The notes under the pieces: model-generated
Database searches by the model: none
The model's input: the letters and a program-made list of their open reading frames with translations, nothing else
Told to the model about the DNA's origin: nothing
Source of the DNA: Orbicella franksi
Taxonomy: Eukaryota
Length of the DNA: 64,000 bases
Reading direction: 5' to 3'
NCBI GenBank assembly: GCA_964199315.1
Contig: OZ116701.1
Coordinates: 7,254,001-7,318,000, forward strand
Shown: piece after piece, positions 1 to 12,590 of the stretch
Layout of the letters: every line of letters begins with the position of its first letter
Position numbering within the stretch: position 1 is the first letter of the stretch
Translations under genes and position numbers: made by a program

Positions 1-2
1 AG

Positions 3-1597
3 ATGGAACAGGACAGAGAGAGAACAGAGCGGCTGGAAAAACACAAACAGAAATCAGAGTTGTCTCTTTCCCAAAGGGAGAACGAAATTCTTAATAAGAT
101 ACAAGAGGAGCAATTGCGACTTGATAAGTTAAAACAGCAGAGGAAAGAACTGGAAGAACAGGAGAAACAGCAAAAGGAAGAGCATGAAAAATGGTTGGCA
201 GAAAAACACAGTTTAGAGGAGCATGCCATCTTGCCTCAGCAACATGATCCTGCTGAAGATTCTAAACAGATCAAGAGAACAGTCTCAAAGAAGGTGCCAA
301 ACCCCACCAAACAACCAGTGAAAAAAGAAACTCCCCCTCCTACTCAGACACTGGAGGACGAACTTGATCAAAGCGAGAATATCCATGACAATGCATACAA
401 TAATTTCTATGATGAAGCAACCAAGGATGTTAATGAGGTTTTGCTTGATGTCTCCCCCTGCTCTATCTGTGGACGTAATTTTGCTCCAGACAGGCTGGCC
501 AAGCATGAAAAAGTGTGCGCAAAAACTGCAAACACAAAACGGAAGGTTTTTGACACAAGAAAGCACCGAAGTGTTGGTACTGAACATGAGAAATATGTAG
601 AGAGTGGAAAATACCTGGAGGAACCCAAGAAAAGGGTAAGTTGCATTTCCATACTACCTGCACCCTTAGATTTTAATAGCTGTTATCAAAACACTATGTG
701 GAGGTGCAGTGGCCTCACAGTTATAAACACACTCGCCTCCGGATCAAACAGTCTGGGTTGGAGCCTTGGCCAGGGAGATCGTGCTGTGTTCTTGGGCAAT
801 ACACTTTACTCTCCGAGTTCTTTTCTCCACCCTGGTGTATAAATGTGTACTGGCAAATTTAGTGGTGGAAGGTAACCCTGCAATGGACTAGCATCCCCTC
901 AAGGAGGCAGTGGGTATTAGAAATATTCCTAGTCACTTCATGCTAATGAAACTGGAGATAAGCCCCGCCCTGATGGGCCACTTGGCTCACATGCAGACTT
1001 AACCTTTACCAGTCAATACACTGCAAATAGATTAACACATCACCTACATCCATCCCCCAAAATGCACACAGGATGAAAATGTTAAGGGTCATAATTTACA
1101 TGAACCACCTCAAAGTTATTAAAGAAGAATCCCAGCACAAGGCAATTGAATTACTCAAATCTCATTATCTATTATGACTCACTATATACCCCCATCCTCC
1201 CCGAAAATTGTTCTGGTAAAAACCTTGGCACAAAAAATTTCTTAATAAACAAAAAATCATCTGTCAGTGTCATAGAATCAATCATCCTTCACACCTGTCC
1301 ATGACTTTTATTCCCGGGTATACCCCTCCAACTGAGACAATGCCAAAATAGAAACTAAGCTTGATTTTATTTTCATTCCAGCCCAAAGCAGACTGGAGAA
1401 CTCAGCATGAAAATTTTGTCAAAGCTATCCGGTACGCAAAGGGAGTGAGCAATGAACCTCCGCCTCCAACAGAAAACCCAGACTATGTCCAATGCCCTCA
1501 TTGCGAGAGGAAATTCAATCCTGCTACAGCTGAAAGACACATACCAAAATGCAAAGACATTAAGGCCAAGCCTGCTCGTTTGAAGAAGAAACGATGA
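3..1597 (+). CDS. ZC2HC1C: Zinc finger C2HC domain-containing protein 1C-like, 3' portion (probably 5'-truncated by the window edge); exons <=3-635 and 1382-1597
   Basis: Coiled-coil-like E/K/Q-rich region, then two C2HC fingers: CSICGRNFAPDRLAKHEKVC and CPHCERKFNPATAERHIPKC, with the linker WRTQHENFVKAIR typical of the FAM164/ZC2HC1 family. Phase-0 intron 636-1381 (AGG|gtaagt ... ttccag|CCC). Stop 1595-1597; AATAAA at 1935. Confidence 0.85.
697..1010 (+). mobile_element. tRNA-head SINE, near full length, in the ZC2HC1C intron
   Basis: tRNA-like head (gtggaggtgcagtggcctc...gggttggagcc), body gtgttcttgggcaatacactttactc...gtaaccctgcaatggactagcatccc and tail gatgggccacttggctcacatgcagacttaaccttt; clearly homologous to copies at 52913, 53554 and 60634. 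Confidence 0.8.
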
Positions 1598-1621
1598 AGA
1601 TTAGACAGTTCGGTTTTTAGC

Positions 1622-1740
1622 AAGACTATTTTAGAATTTATCAAAGTGTGAGGAGCTCAAGACATATTTTTATTTTAATTCTGTAAACTTTGGTAAGACT
1701 ATTTTAGAATTTTATCCAAGTGTGAGGAACTCATATTTTA
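1622..1740. repeat. Direct duplication with ~72-bp spacing in the ZC2HC1C 3' UTR
   Basis: aagactattttagaatttatcaaagtgtgaggagctc (1622) and aagactattttagaattttatccaagtgtgaggaactc (about 1694). Confidence 0.8.
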
Positions 1741-2404
1741 TGCGGCCCAAGATGAAATTAGTTTTTAAGAGTGGAAATGAAAGAGGAAAGAAAATACACA
1801 TTAAAGAATTGATCACAATGAGACAGATATTGTAAAACACATTTTAATTAATGTTTGAGAGGCAAACAAAACACACTCTTGCCGAACTCTATGTTGTGTT
1901 TTGAACAAACAATGTACATGTACGTCTCGGTCCGAATAAATACTCTTCTAAGTTTCAAACTCTCAGATAATCTGACTTACTCTTTTGTAGTTATAAAATA
2001 CATATGTACAAAATATCTGTATAAATATACTTAAGTAGATAAATATTAAGTCTTCAAGTCAACAAACTATCAGATAAAGAGGACAATTTAACAAGACCTT
2101 GTTGTAATGGCTGTTTCACTTAACCAAAACTTGAAAAAGACCTTACTTAAAAGAAAGAAATTATGGGTGCACCTTGCTACATGGGCTCAATAACCAGTCA
2201 CTATTTGGGAAAGGAGCCTGCAAGGAAATCCAGCTTGCTTATACCACACTGTATCAAAAAGGGAAGGTTGGAAAAATATAGACCTGGTGTTAAAGAAAAC
2301 TTAATGTAATAGGTTAATGAAGTGTCCAAAGTGAAAAAGCCAAAACAATTCCATACCTATTCTGTAAGAAAGAAAATGTGAAGACTTATAACACTCTCTA
2401 ATGT

Positions 2405-2555
2405 CAGGCCCCAGTCATTCAAAAGATGGATAACACTATCCACCGGATAAATTGCTATCCAGTGGACAAGTGTTCACAAAACAAGCTATGTTATCCACTG
2501 GATGGTGAAGTCTCCAATAGATAGCGTTATCCACCTTTCAAACAACCCAAGTCAG
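2405..2555. mobile_element. Degenerate MITE with internal ggata/tatcc palindromes
   Basis: Imperfect inverted ends caggccccagtcattcaaaagatggataacactatcc / gatagcgttatccacctttcaaacaacccaagtcag. Confidence 0.6.
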
Positions 2556-2931
2556 ATCTCCATGTCTATAGGCACACATAAACAAACAAACTTTAGATAG
2601 TTGCAGTATATACATTGGAGTATATACATGCCCCAAACAACAATGGCTTTACATGATGAAATGCACCCGATCAGATTTACATTATCGACATAAAGCAGTT
2701 ATGAGAGAAATCCCTTGGATTTTACAATCAGATTTTATGTGGGAAAACTTGACTAGTAAGACATGAGTGCATATCATTTCATGAAAAATGGTTGATATGG
2801 TTGGAAAAAATCACAGAACCTTTAAAATAATCAGTGACCAAACACTTATCAAGTGACCCTTTCTGAGAAACTCCAAACTATACAATACCAAAAATACAAG
2901 CTAGTTCTGATGAAAACAAACTACATCCCTA

Positions 2932-3175
2932 GACCAGATTGCTCAAAAGCTGATGAACACCAAAACAGGGTCATGGTTTGAAATTCTCTGGTATAAAAGT
3001 GTTTCTCATTGCTAAATGTTTTGTTTAGTTTGGCATGATCAACATCAAAATGGAAAACAGAAAATAAAAGCAAAAAATAAACAAAACCTCAAAGAAAAGT
3101 TACAAAACTGATTTCAACATTCAGGCTTACAATTGTTATGGATCAACTACTCATGCTTTTAACAATCGAATCCAA
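2932..3175. mobile_element. Decayed copy of the MITE family seen at 59353-59599
   Basis: Shares the internal run tgtttctcattgctaaatgttttgtttagtttg...aaacaaaacctc...aaagttacaaaactg with the 59353 copy. Confidence 0.5.
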
Positions 3176-4874
3176 GTAAAAAAAAATTACTTTAGAATTC
3201 AGATCTAACAAAATTACAACCACAGGATACAAGTCTAAGTGATGTACACATTCCCAAGACAAGTTGATACTGGTCATTGTATCCTGCTATATACCATTTT
3301 AAAGGTGAAAATCTTTGCTCTCTCCACACAGGTGTTAAAACTTAAGTGAGTACTGTAAGAGTTCAGATGAAAGGAAACGCCAACATGTTTATGGTAGTTT
3401 AAATCTAACAAATTACAGCAGAAGTCAGAGGGAGATTGCAAGCTGCTAAATCTGGTAAAAAGTGTATGTTCACTTGTTTGTTGTTTTATTAATTATTTAT
3501 TCACATTTAAACATTAACTTGGGTTTCTATCAAATTGAATGTGCCATGTACTCTTGAGCTGGAGTGAAATTTGACCTACATTTTCCAAGTTTACTTTTCA
3601 ATATCCATCACAATCTCCCTCATTCTTCACTGAGTTACTATCACTTCAAAAGTGTATTCTATCATTGAAAAATCTACCACCCTCTGATCTAAAGCTAGCA
3701 TTGTACAATTTTCAGTCTGCATTTCATGACAGTTTTTGACAGTCATCAGAAATACTTCCTTCACGCATTCCAACAACACAACAAAGCTTGATTGGTAGCT
3801 TGCCATCGTTATCAGCAATCCCACACAGAGGGTGACGGAAGCCTGCTTCCCTCATCTGAGATAAGAAAACACTGCCACCAAACTAGCCATGTTTAGTACT
3901 GAATCGAACCTTACACCCTCTTTCTGTACAACAGTTTTCAAAAGACACAGAACTGGTTAGAACAAACACAAGATTATTTCTCTCTCTTTCTCTCTGTCAA
4001 CCATTTGCTAGATTATTGTAACCTACAAGCAAGACTTTCCAATGACGATTTAAAGAGAAGCAAAAAGCTGATCAATAGTACTGCTAAGGCTCAAAGGGTT
4101 GTAAAATGGTTGAAGAAGTTTTCATGTGGGATCAACGTGTCAGATCTTTTGTCGAGAATCAGCCACTATCATTTTAGATCACAACAAATGTAAGCCCAAG
4201 ACAAAGGCATGCTGCAAAAACCAAAAGATAATCTTGAGCATTTTTGGACATCAGAAGTGATGCAGCACAGAAGCAGATAACAAGTTACCAATCAAAATTG
4301 GTAAAAAGTTCACCTGCAATACTGCTTTCCTAATGGAAACTTCCTACTTCTCCTGGCTAGTCAAGAGTGACCAATGAACAGAATGAAATAAATCGCTGAC
4401 ACAAGATGTTCGACTTGTGAAAAATGTGGCTGGTCACCTCTACAAGACCTACTAGTAATTTGGCCATCTTCTGAGTTAATTATGTTGGTATCACAAGGTA
4501 TTGTAACCAGCACATGACCAATTGCACGAAAACTTTCATTTATACATACATATCTAAATGCTCCGAAAATTGAGCAACCATATATATTAAACCGAGAATA
4601 AATGAGAGCTAACTTTACTCTGAGTCTAAAGTTGCAAAATGCAAAGCTCAATTAACTGATGTCAACTTGATACAACCTCTGGGCTCTTCTGCCGCTTGTA
4701 GGCAACCAGTGACGACACATAAGGTGGGTTAAGACCTGTAAGGTATCTCACTTGTATCCAAGTAATCTACCTTTTTAACGTTCTGTGTGCGACACACACG
4801 ACTTGTAAAAGGTTCCAGAGTTAGGTACTAATATGTAACCAATAACAGCGTGGAAACACGCCGGCTGAAACATG

Positions 4875-7800
4875 TTAATAGGCAAAGCCTGGTTCTTCGA
4901 CTGGTGCAAGACTGAATGATGGGTTCATCTGGATGGGCTTGAATGACAACACAGCTGGGTCACAGCCCCGACCATGTCTACCACTGGAGATACTCTGCAA
5001 GGAACGCAAGACGAAAACAGGGAAGGTTATTTAGAACAAGCTGGGAATTGTCATCGGGGCTGTTGTTTAGTTTTGAGTCACCTGTACCCTTGTTCTCCAC
5101 ACCCATAGCAAACTTGTTACTTTGTGGGTGAATTCTTTCAACAACAGGCAATTTCACCTGTAGCATGGAGGGAAAATTAAGCACACTCAGCCGTAACAGG
5201 TGTTATGGGTTATGGCCCTTAATGGCAGCTCTGGTCACGTTGCTGATGAGTAACAAGTCCTATCCATTAATATTAACAGAATGATGTGTACTTTCAGATT
5301 TGTCACAAACAGTCCTTCAAGGTAACAGTATACTACATTTTTTAGGGACACCATGGGTACAATAACTTTAGAAATTACAAAAAATAATAATAATAACAAT
5401 AGTGCATGCATGTTTACAGTTAACAGCCTGACACAAACACTTGAACAACTCCAAACTGCATACAAAGGTTTACAATAAGTACTTTGAACTTCTCTCAAAG
5501 TAACTCAAGTGTTTGTGTCAGATTATGTAAACACAACATGATAGCATAAGTGTCATTGACTACATGTAGGTAAAATCTGAGAAAAGTTGACAACATTACG
5601 TTTACACAGCCTCACACAAACTCAACTGGAAACCTGTCACGTCAAGGGTCACCACTGTATACCCATTATTACCCACAAAAATAAAAAATATATATATAGA
5701 CTGAATAAAATAGCTAGGGTCTAAATTGTATCTCTAAATACATGTATACATGGTCTTGGAAGGATTTCCATATAGCCATGTATACCCGACTTCAATTTCT
5801 TTTATAGTACCCAGGGGCTTCATTACACGTTTCAGCAAGAGGTCAACTGGTTTTTACAGGCGGGCAAAACTTTTTGAACTGAACTACTTTATAAGAAAAA
5901 CTTTCCTTTTGATGGTCAAACCAGGCAGGCAAAATCATCCTCGCAGCTGGTCAATTTGCCTAGTTCTTAATGAAACCCATGACGGTATCCACCACGAGTA
6001 CACAAAATAGTCATCATGAATACTGACAATGAGACTCCCAAAATTTCATGTACAACTAAGTATGGGATTTTATGGAATCTTACCCAGACTTTTTGTAGAA
6101 TGACCATTGCATATCTGGCGTGTATTTTTTACATTAAAATGATCCAACGCTAGGCCTATTACAAAATCATTCATTGCTATTCAGAACATGTACAGCACCA
6201 CACACAATTTTGTCACAAGTACACCCTTCCTACTGGTGGATCTGTGATTTGACAGATGACAATACACAGAAAAATTATTCTTACAGCATGTTAGCAAGCA
6301 CATAACTTACCCTTATTCTTACTGGTCTCGGTCTCGACAGGCCATGTGTATGCTTCTTTATTAGCACCGATTTCTAGAAACAGAGAATTTCAGTTAATCA
6401 AAAACAACTTGTATACATCTCTTGACAGCACATTGCTACCTATCAAAATTGGTCACATCATAAGCTCTTCTTATTCTCTGTCTTGAGACTGAAGTTCATC
6501 TTGAAGGATAGTTGAACACTTCAGTTGACATATGTGAAGATGCGGTGTATTTAATTAATGACCCAAGGTCACGGAAAAATACTCAACCACCTTCAGCCAA
6601 GGTGACTGTCACTGGCAGACACTGTTTTTTGACTTTTTTATTCTTTTAGGAAAGGGGACCAAGACAATCACTCAATCCTCTTTGTGTCCTTCGGCGGAGG
6701 AGGGGGGGAGGGGGACAAGACATACTACATATATATTTTTCAAGGCAATGCATGTCATTATGTTTTGACAGTGGACAGACAGTAAAGAACCTATCTGGTT
6801 TGTGATGGACTACCATTAGTGTCTGCTAATAAAGAATATTCAGTTACTCCAGGCTTGAAATTTGGCCTACTCAACTCATATGACTTTGGGACAAAGGGAA
6901 TTCCAGACTGTAAGAGGTATTATCACTTTAGACAAGGGCCCTTACTAGTTATCTCTGAGTTTGATATCATAAGCCACCAAAAAAGTTTTTTTTTTGTTAC
7001 ACAGTTCTTCGTTATTTCTTCTCATGCAACACTAGAAATTTTGTATAATTTAATGAGTAATGAGCACAACTAAAATCTGCTATTCAATTTGTCAGCCAAT
7101 CAGCCTTGATTCTTATCAATCCTGACACAAAGAATTTCAGCAAATTGCATCAGCCTGACATTGAAACACAAAAGGTTCTTTGCACAGGAATTTCTCAATT
7201 TCACAAGACGTAACGCCAGCATATCTCAGATTACCCGTTACGGGAACATAAACAAACAGAACTCACGAGGCCAGTGGCAACAACGCAGTCAACCGCAACT
7301 CTGCGCGAGTGTCTTTGGAAATAACGAAGGCAGGGCGTTGAATTGCCGCCTCTCAACAAATTGCATCAAAAAGAAGCTGCAGTTCATTGTAGGTCATTTC
7401 AAACGGGTTTTTGGTGTCATAATTGTTGTGGTGTTTACACTGTATGCAGGTAAATCATCAGAATAAACACTGGCAATACCACATTTACATGCACGAGTAG
7501 GCAGAAATATTAAAACAATGGAAGTTATTGTTTCGACCAAACGAAGGCCTGATAATCTTTACCTGTTGCATCTTCTCGAAGTTTAATGACGGCCTAGAGA
7601 AAAATCCATCATCTTCGGCGAAAACGACCCGGTGTTTTTTCCTCGAGTGACCCTCTCTTGTGTATGTCGTTGGCCTCACTCTTGCAGAAAAAGCAGAATG
7701 TTTTGATAAAATTGTGACTTTGCCAGGCGGACTTGAGCTGAGCACCAGCGGGCCACTCTTTTTAGAACAAAGTTCTTTGATTTCATCGTCACTCGATGAA

Positions 7801-8402
7801 CTATCGTTGCCAGATGCAAATTGTTGAAGCAGCTTGTGAGTGTTCACTTGAGACCACTTTCGCTTTTCCGCGGCACCGCTTTCTCTACTGGGAATTTCTA
7901 TCGGCAAAAAACCTCTGTTTTCTTCCCTGTTGTCTCTCGCCGTGTAGATATTCTCCTTTGTCGCCTCATGTTCAACTTGTCCTGCGAAAGATGACTTGAT
8001 CTTTATAGACTCCTCGTGTATGTTATTGTTGCGGAGTGCTTTGTCGGCTGATGGGGCCAAGTTAAAACGACAAATATTAGTGATATCGATGTTGAGACTG
8101 AATAAAACAGAGCAAATTTTTGATTACCTCCATTTATCTCCCTCAGTTCGTCATCTTCGTCTGCACTCTCCTCTAAGTCGGAACTTTCTGGTAAAAATAC
8201 CTGAAAAAAATATATTGACGAGAAGAAATTAAAAATTACGCTTACCCAGCGTCTATGATACCAGCTATAAGAACAAATGAGTTCGTGTCGACACTAGAGT
8301 TATTGCGAAGAAAGGAATCGTTAACTCTTTTACCTGTGGCTCGTAAGGCTTGACTTCATTGATGGATTGGTTCTTGAACTTGAGAGCCAAAAATTTCAGC
8401 AT
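4875..8402 (-). CDS. 269-aa low-complexity protein with two FAM53-like motifs; exons 8402-8334, 8200-8128, 8047-7563, 6373-6311, 4994-4875
   Basis: All four introns are GT-AG with consistent phases (0,1,0,0); 810 nt open. Starts MLKFLALKFKNQSINEVKPYEPQ, has a Ser/Asp-rich middle and RPSLNFEKMQQ at the end of exon 3. Family assignment is by motif recall only. Confidence 0.75.
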
Positions 8403-11234
8403 TTCTTTGCTGATAAGTCGCTGGGTGAACTATTGGATGGCGGGAACAAGAACGTATTTCCCGCGAGTTCCTGTGGCGTCAAGTTGACGTCGCGGCGCCC
8501 TACACGAAGGAAAGGAAAAAAAACAAAAATATATCGGCATAAAAATTTATTTCTCAGACAACGTAATCATTAATGCTTTAAAATCTACGTTCTTCCAAAT
8601 TCTTCAATTACACTCAGCGAGGGTCCGAAACTCATTGAAATGCAGTTCTTGCGGTTGAGCAGCGATCACAGAAACAAGTCAAAAATGTCAGCTAGAATTC
8701 GTGTTTTGCTGCACGGTAAATTTATAATCCCCCTCAAAAATCTAGTTCAACGTGAAATTATAATTATTGGCCCTTCGTCTGAAAGAGAGAATTTACCTTC
8801 AAATGAGAGCGACGAGCTAACAAGCTTACGCGCTGAAAACACAACACACAATTCGAAATTGTACATGCATCTAACCGAGCTCCCATCTTCGATTCGCTGT
8901 CGTTTTACTTCCAAGGGCTCGATAAAGCAAGGTAAATTTCGAGGAATAAACGAAAATGTCATGAGACGCAAGTAACGCTTAATCCATGAGAGACCTACAA
9001 AGGTTCAAACGGAGACGACAGACAAACGCGTTCTTTTTAAACGAGAAAAGTCGGACATTTCGGAAGAGCATAAAAAATTCAGCGGAAGGACGGGTGGTTG
9101 TACCCTGCGAAACACCACAATATGTTCAAGATAACTTAAAAATACACACCAACCGTTTGACCACGCTGAAATATTAAGCCCTGAGTAAGACACTGAACTA
9201 TTCAAGCAAAAACCCTGCCTTCGTTTAACTTAACTAGCGGACGCCAAAATTATGAAATACGTAAGCTCATTTCCAACTCACAATGAGGGCCAGGTGCCGT
9301 TGACAAAGAAATGCGTGTTCGTTTCTACTCCTTCGCTCCCCTGCGGCAAGCTACATTTTCGCTATATTTTACTGAGCACTACCAAGGAGTGGAAACAAAA
9401 CATACTGGAGATACAACAACTCGTAGAATTCTAAGAACGTCAAGCTTCAAAATAATGCCGCAACGAAGAAAATTTCATTCTCAAAGTGTGTACGAGCACA
9501 ACCATATTTATACATGTTCAACGACGTTTTGAAGCATTAAGGCGAGTCAAAGAGCTTCTGATATCAAGTGTGCACAACGGGATAACGAGAAAAATCGTAA
9601 TAAAAGGAATACCTTGAAGCGAATCCCGGAAAATCTACCGTGTAGGTTTCATGGTACGTTACAGCTTCCAGTTTGAGTTTGCAAAGCGACGTAAATGAAC
9701 ACCAGGGAACTAAATAAAACTCTTGGGACTGAATTGGAGCGATCTGATTGGCTACTGGCCGTGAAGACAGCCCATTCACTGCACTGACAGTAGTACAGCC
9801 GGTGAAAGCCAGTGACATGACAGCCGGCCGTGCGAGCCATGACCCCAGCGATTATCATAAATAGCAAAAAGTACAATTGAGTAATGGTATCAACTTACCT
9901 ACACATATCAGACATTCTATATTCCCACAAGTTTAGGCACGATACGGCAGCTTTTGTGAAGCGCATATATTGAATTTTCAATGACATGACCTGGACCTAA
10001 ATCCCTGCTTTATCCAGGCTTTATTGAAAAATGGTCTCCAAAACAAAAGAGAGCACTTCAGTGTGGCAGTGGGGGCGGGAGCCAACAAAAGAGATCACGG
10101 TACGATGATAATTTTGAAAGCTGCGCAGAGAACGCGCAATTTCCGCTAGTCTCGTGTACGTGTCCGGCGTTCTTGTTTCAGTGATAAGGGACTTACCTTC
10201 GTGGTTTAGTTTTGCCATCTGTACTTTTTCAGTCACAAATGTGACCGAAACATTATACCATACTCTCTGCTAGGTGTACACGATGCTGGACAAAATTTGG
10301 TCACGCGAAACAAATGTCAGACGCATCTCGTTAACAGTAAATTTGATTAACTAATAAGTGCGGAATTTTTTCTTCTGTTTTTTCATATTTTCGGGCATTT
10401 TCGGGGGAGGACGAAGTACATTAAGAAAACAAAAACTTTTGTTAGCATTTAGAACTATCAAAAATTATGGAGATCAATAGCAGAGCACATGGCAAAACAG
10501 ATCCGGTCCTTGAATTCGGTTTTGTACCAAGAAGGTCCTTGAAGTCGCTCGAGGAAATTGATATAACCCTTTTGGTACTGGTTCCAAATGAAAAGCTGTC
10601 GTTCAAAAAGGCACATTTCAAGGTTTTTTTAAAGTCTTTTTACGAACAACAAGTCAATGTATCGGTGTATTGTACGATAGATAGGCAGGTGGATACAGAG
10701 TACTTGAGAGATATACATGTTTATTTTAACCAACCAATTAACATACTACAGATCTGTCCCAACAGTCTGCTTTATAAACGAACTCTGACCGAATAGCAAC
10801 AACTATAAATAGCGCTCTGTTTAGATTCTTGACATTTGAAAAGGCGTGCCTTTAATTGAGGCCAGTCTTGGGGCATACTGTATGTCCATACTGAAACGGG
10901 CAGTCATTAATAGATCTCAGTCGTATAGCACTGGGCTGGAAACAAGCAATTTTTTTTGTTTAATCTAGACTCGATTCTACGACGATGTAATTACTACCTG
11001 GTCAGCTATTCATATTTCGTACAGTCGAGCCTAAAAACTTTCGAAGATTTCAGTTACTCCGTGCCTGCAATTCTTCTCATGTTTATTAAACTTCATCCTC
11101 GGAGACCTAGGGACTACTAGTCGGAACGATGCGATATTTTCGGGCGAGCGATATTTTCAGGCGAAAGTTTACTTCAAGAGCGGACAAGCCCCTGGGCAGT
11201 TATTCTTACCGAACCAGTTCCAGAAGTGTTCGAA

Positions 11235-11291
11235 TCCCGTCCCGCTGATTGGCCAGAAAAATATTTTTTCTGGCCAATCAGCGGAACGGGA
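11235..11291. repeat. 57-bp near-perfect palindrome with inverted CCAAT boxes
   Basis: tcccgtcccgctgattggccagaaaa-atatt-ttttctggccaatcagcggaacggga. Confidence 0.8.
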
Positions 11292-12248
11292 CAAACCGTG
11301 ACAAGTTACGGGTACCCCAAGCGTAGGGTAATACATAATATATGAATCTAACGAATGCAATTAAAAAGTTAGTGAAACAAGCCCCCGTGTTGGAATGTCG
11401 ACCTAAAAGATCCTAAAACATCTCCAGTGCTGAAGAAATAGCCTGAAGATCAGTCTGATTGCACCACATGTAAAATGCACACTGTCTACACTAAATTATG
11501 CCCTTTGTTTGCCTTGCATGGCTGTGTTCCTGGTAGATTCTACTCGCCTTTTTAGGTGGTTTTATCCTTGTTTTTCATTCTTCACCACCATGAGCGGAGA
11601 TTATGACGAATTCTCCGTCATCGAAAGCAAAATGAAAGTGTAATGTGGTGTATGTATTAAATTAAGGTACATGACATCATTAAACATGGCATATTATCAA
11701 TTTGTGTCGGATCACTGATAGTGAATCTCACCTCCAAATCGAGCTCTAAGCCTGATCGGACAGTGCTCCGAAAACAGTGTCAGAACATTGTTCAGCCTCC
11801 ATCTCTTTATGAATTCATGATGTGTAAACTATATATATATATATATTGTACTTGATACTTCACGAACATGTCTTGTGAGCAAAGATAACAGATCTACACC
11901 AAGCGCTGACAGATACTCGCTTGAAAAAACAAATTTCATACTGTGTTGAAGAGTTACAGCTGTTTTGAATTCTCGGCGGCGCTCCAAACAATCCGAAAAA
12001 AAAAAAATTGAAATCTTCCCAGTGGCCTAACCAAACAGAACCGAAAACACAATTTATAGTTTTTAACTTTTTTCCTCTCAAGGAATGAAAAATGTTCAAG
12101 GAATATTCGACTGGAGCAAAGGCAGGTAATCGATCCGTTTATAGCTTGGGACTGTCCACAAAGCTAGGGTCATCTGACTGCATACAACACACGAGTTCCT
12201 AAAATTTTAATTTAAAAAAATTTAGCTTTGTTTAATTTATTTTCCTAA

Positions 12249-12415
12249 TAGAGCGTTTTCACTCCCGTGGCAAGCACCCGTGTAAATTTATTGGAACAAA
12301 AGGAAGGGTTTACATGAGAAAAAAGGTCAACTTTGATTGGTTTGGTACACCAACATGGCCGCTGTTTCATTGTTTTGGAATACCAATATGGCTGCTGTGA
12401 CGTCTTGAGAAAAAA
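12249..12415. mobile_element. Short non-autonomous DNA element (tagagcgttttca family), right end decayed
   Basis: Left end tagagcgttttcactc resembles the ends of the 33731 element; internal duplicated caacatggccgc/caatatggctgc motif. Confidence 0.5.
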
Positions 12416-12445
12416 AGAGGACCAAACACAGCTCGGGAATTTTCA

Positions 12446-12471
12446 ATAGACAGACAGACAGACAGACAGAC

Positions 12472-12502
<31 letters not shown>

Positions 12503-12590
12503 TAGACAGACAACCTTTATTTAAGACACGCCTATGATTAAAGCTCAGTAGCTTATGGGGTCGTGCGCAATAAATTAAAATTAAATTAAA
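12446..12590 (-). mobile_element. Probable 3' end of a non-LTR retrotransposon with a (TCTG)n tail
   Basis: On the minus strand AATAAA (forward tttatt) is followed directly by a (GACA)n microsatellite at 12446-12513, the usual layout of CR1/L2-type 3' ends. Confidence 0.5.

Noticed and set aside
9620-10240. Strong minus-strand donor near 10195 (AAG|gtaagt) and a phase-compatible segment near 9710, suggesting an alternative 5' end for the FAM53-like gene
   Set aside because: No recognisable protein signal and such pairs arise by chance; not supportable without transcripts.
11225-11240. GTTCGAATCCC, a tRNA B-box-like sequence
   Set aside because: No cloverleaf or A-box upstream; it abuts a palindrome. 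No tRNA gene found in the window; tRNA-like heads belong to SINEs.
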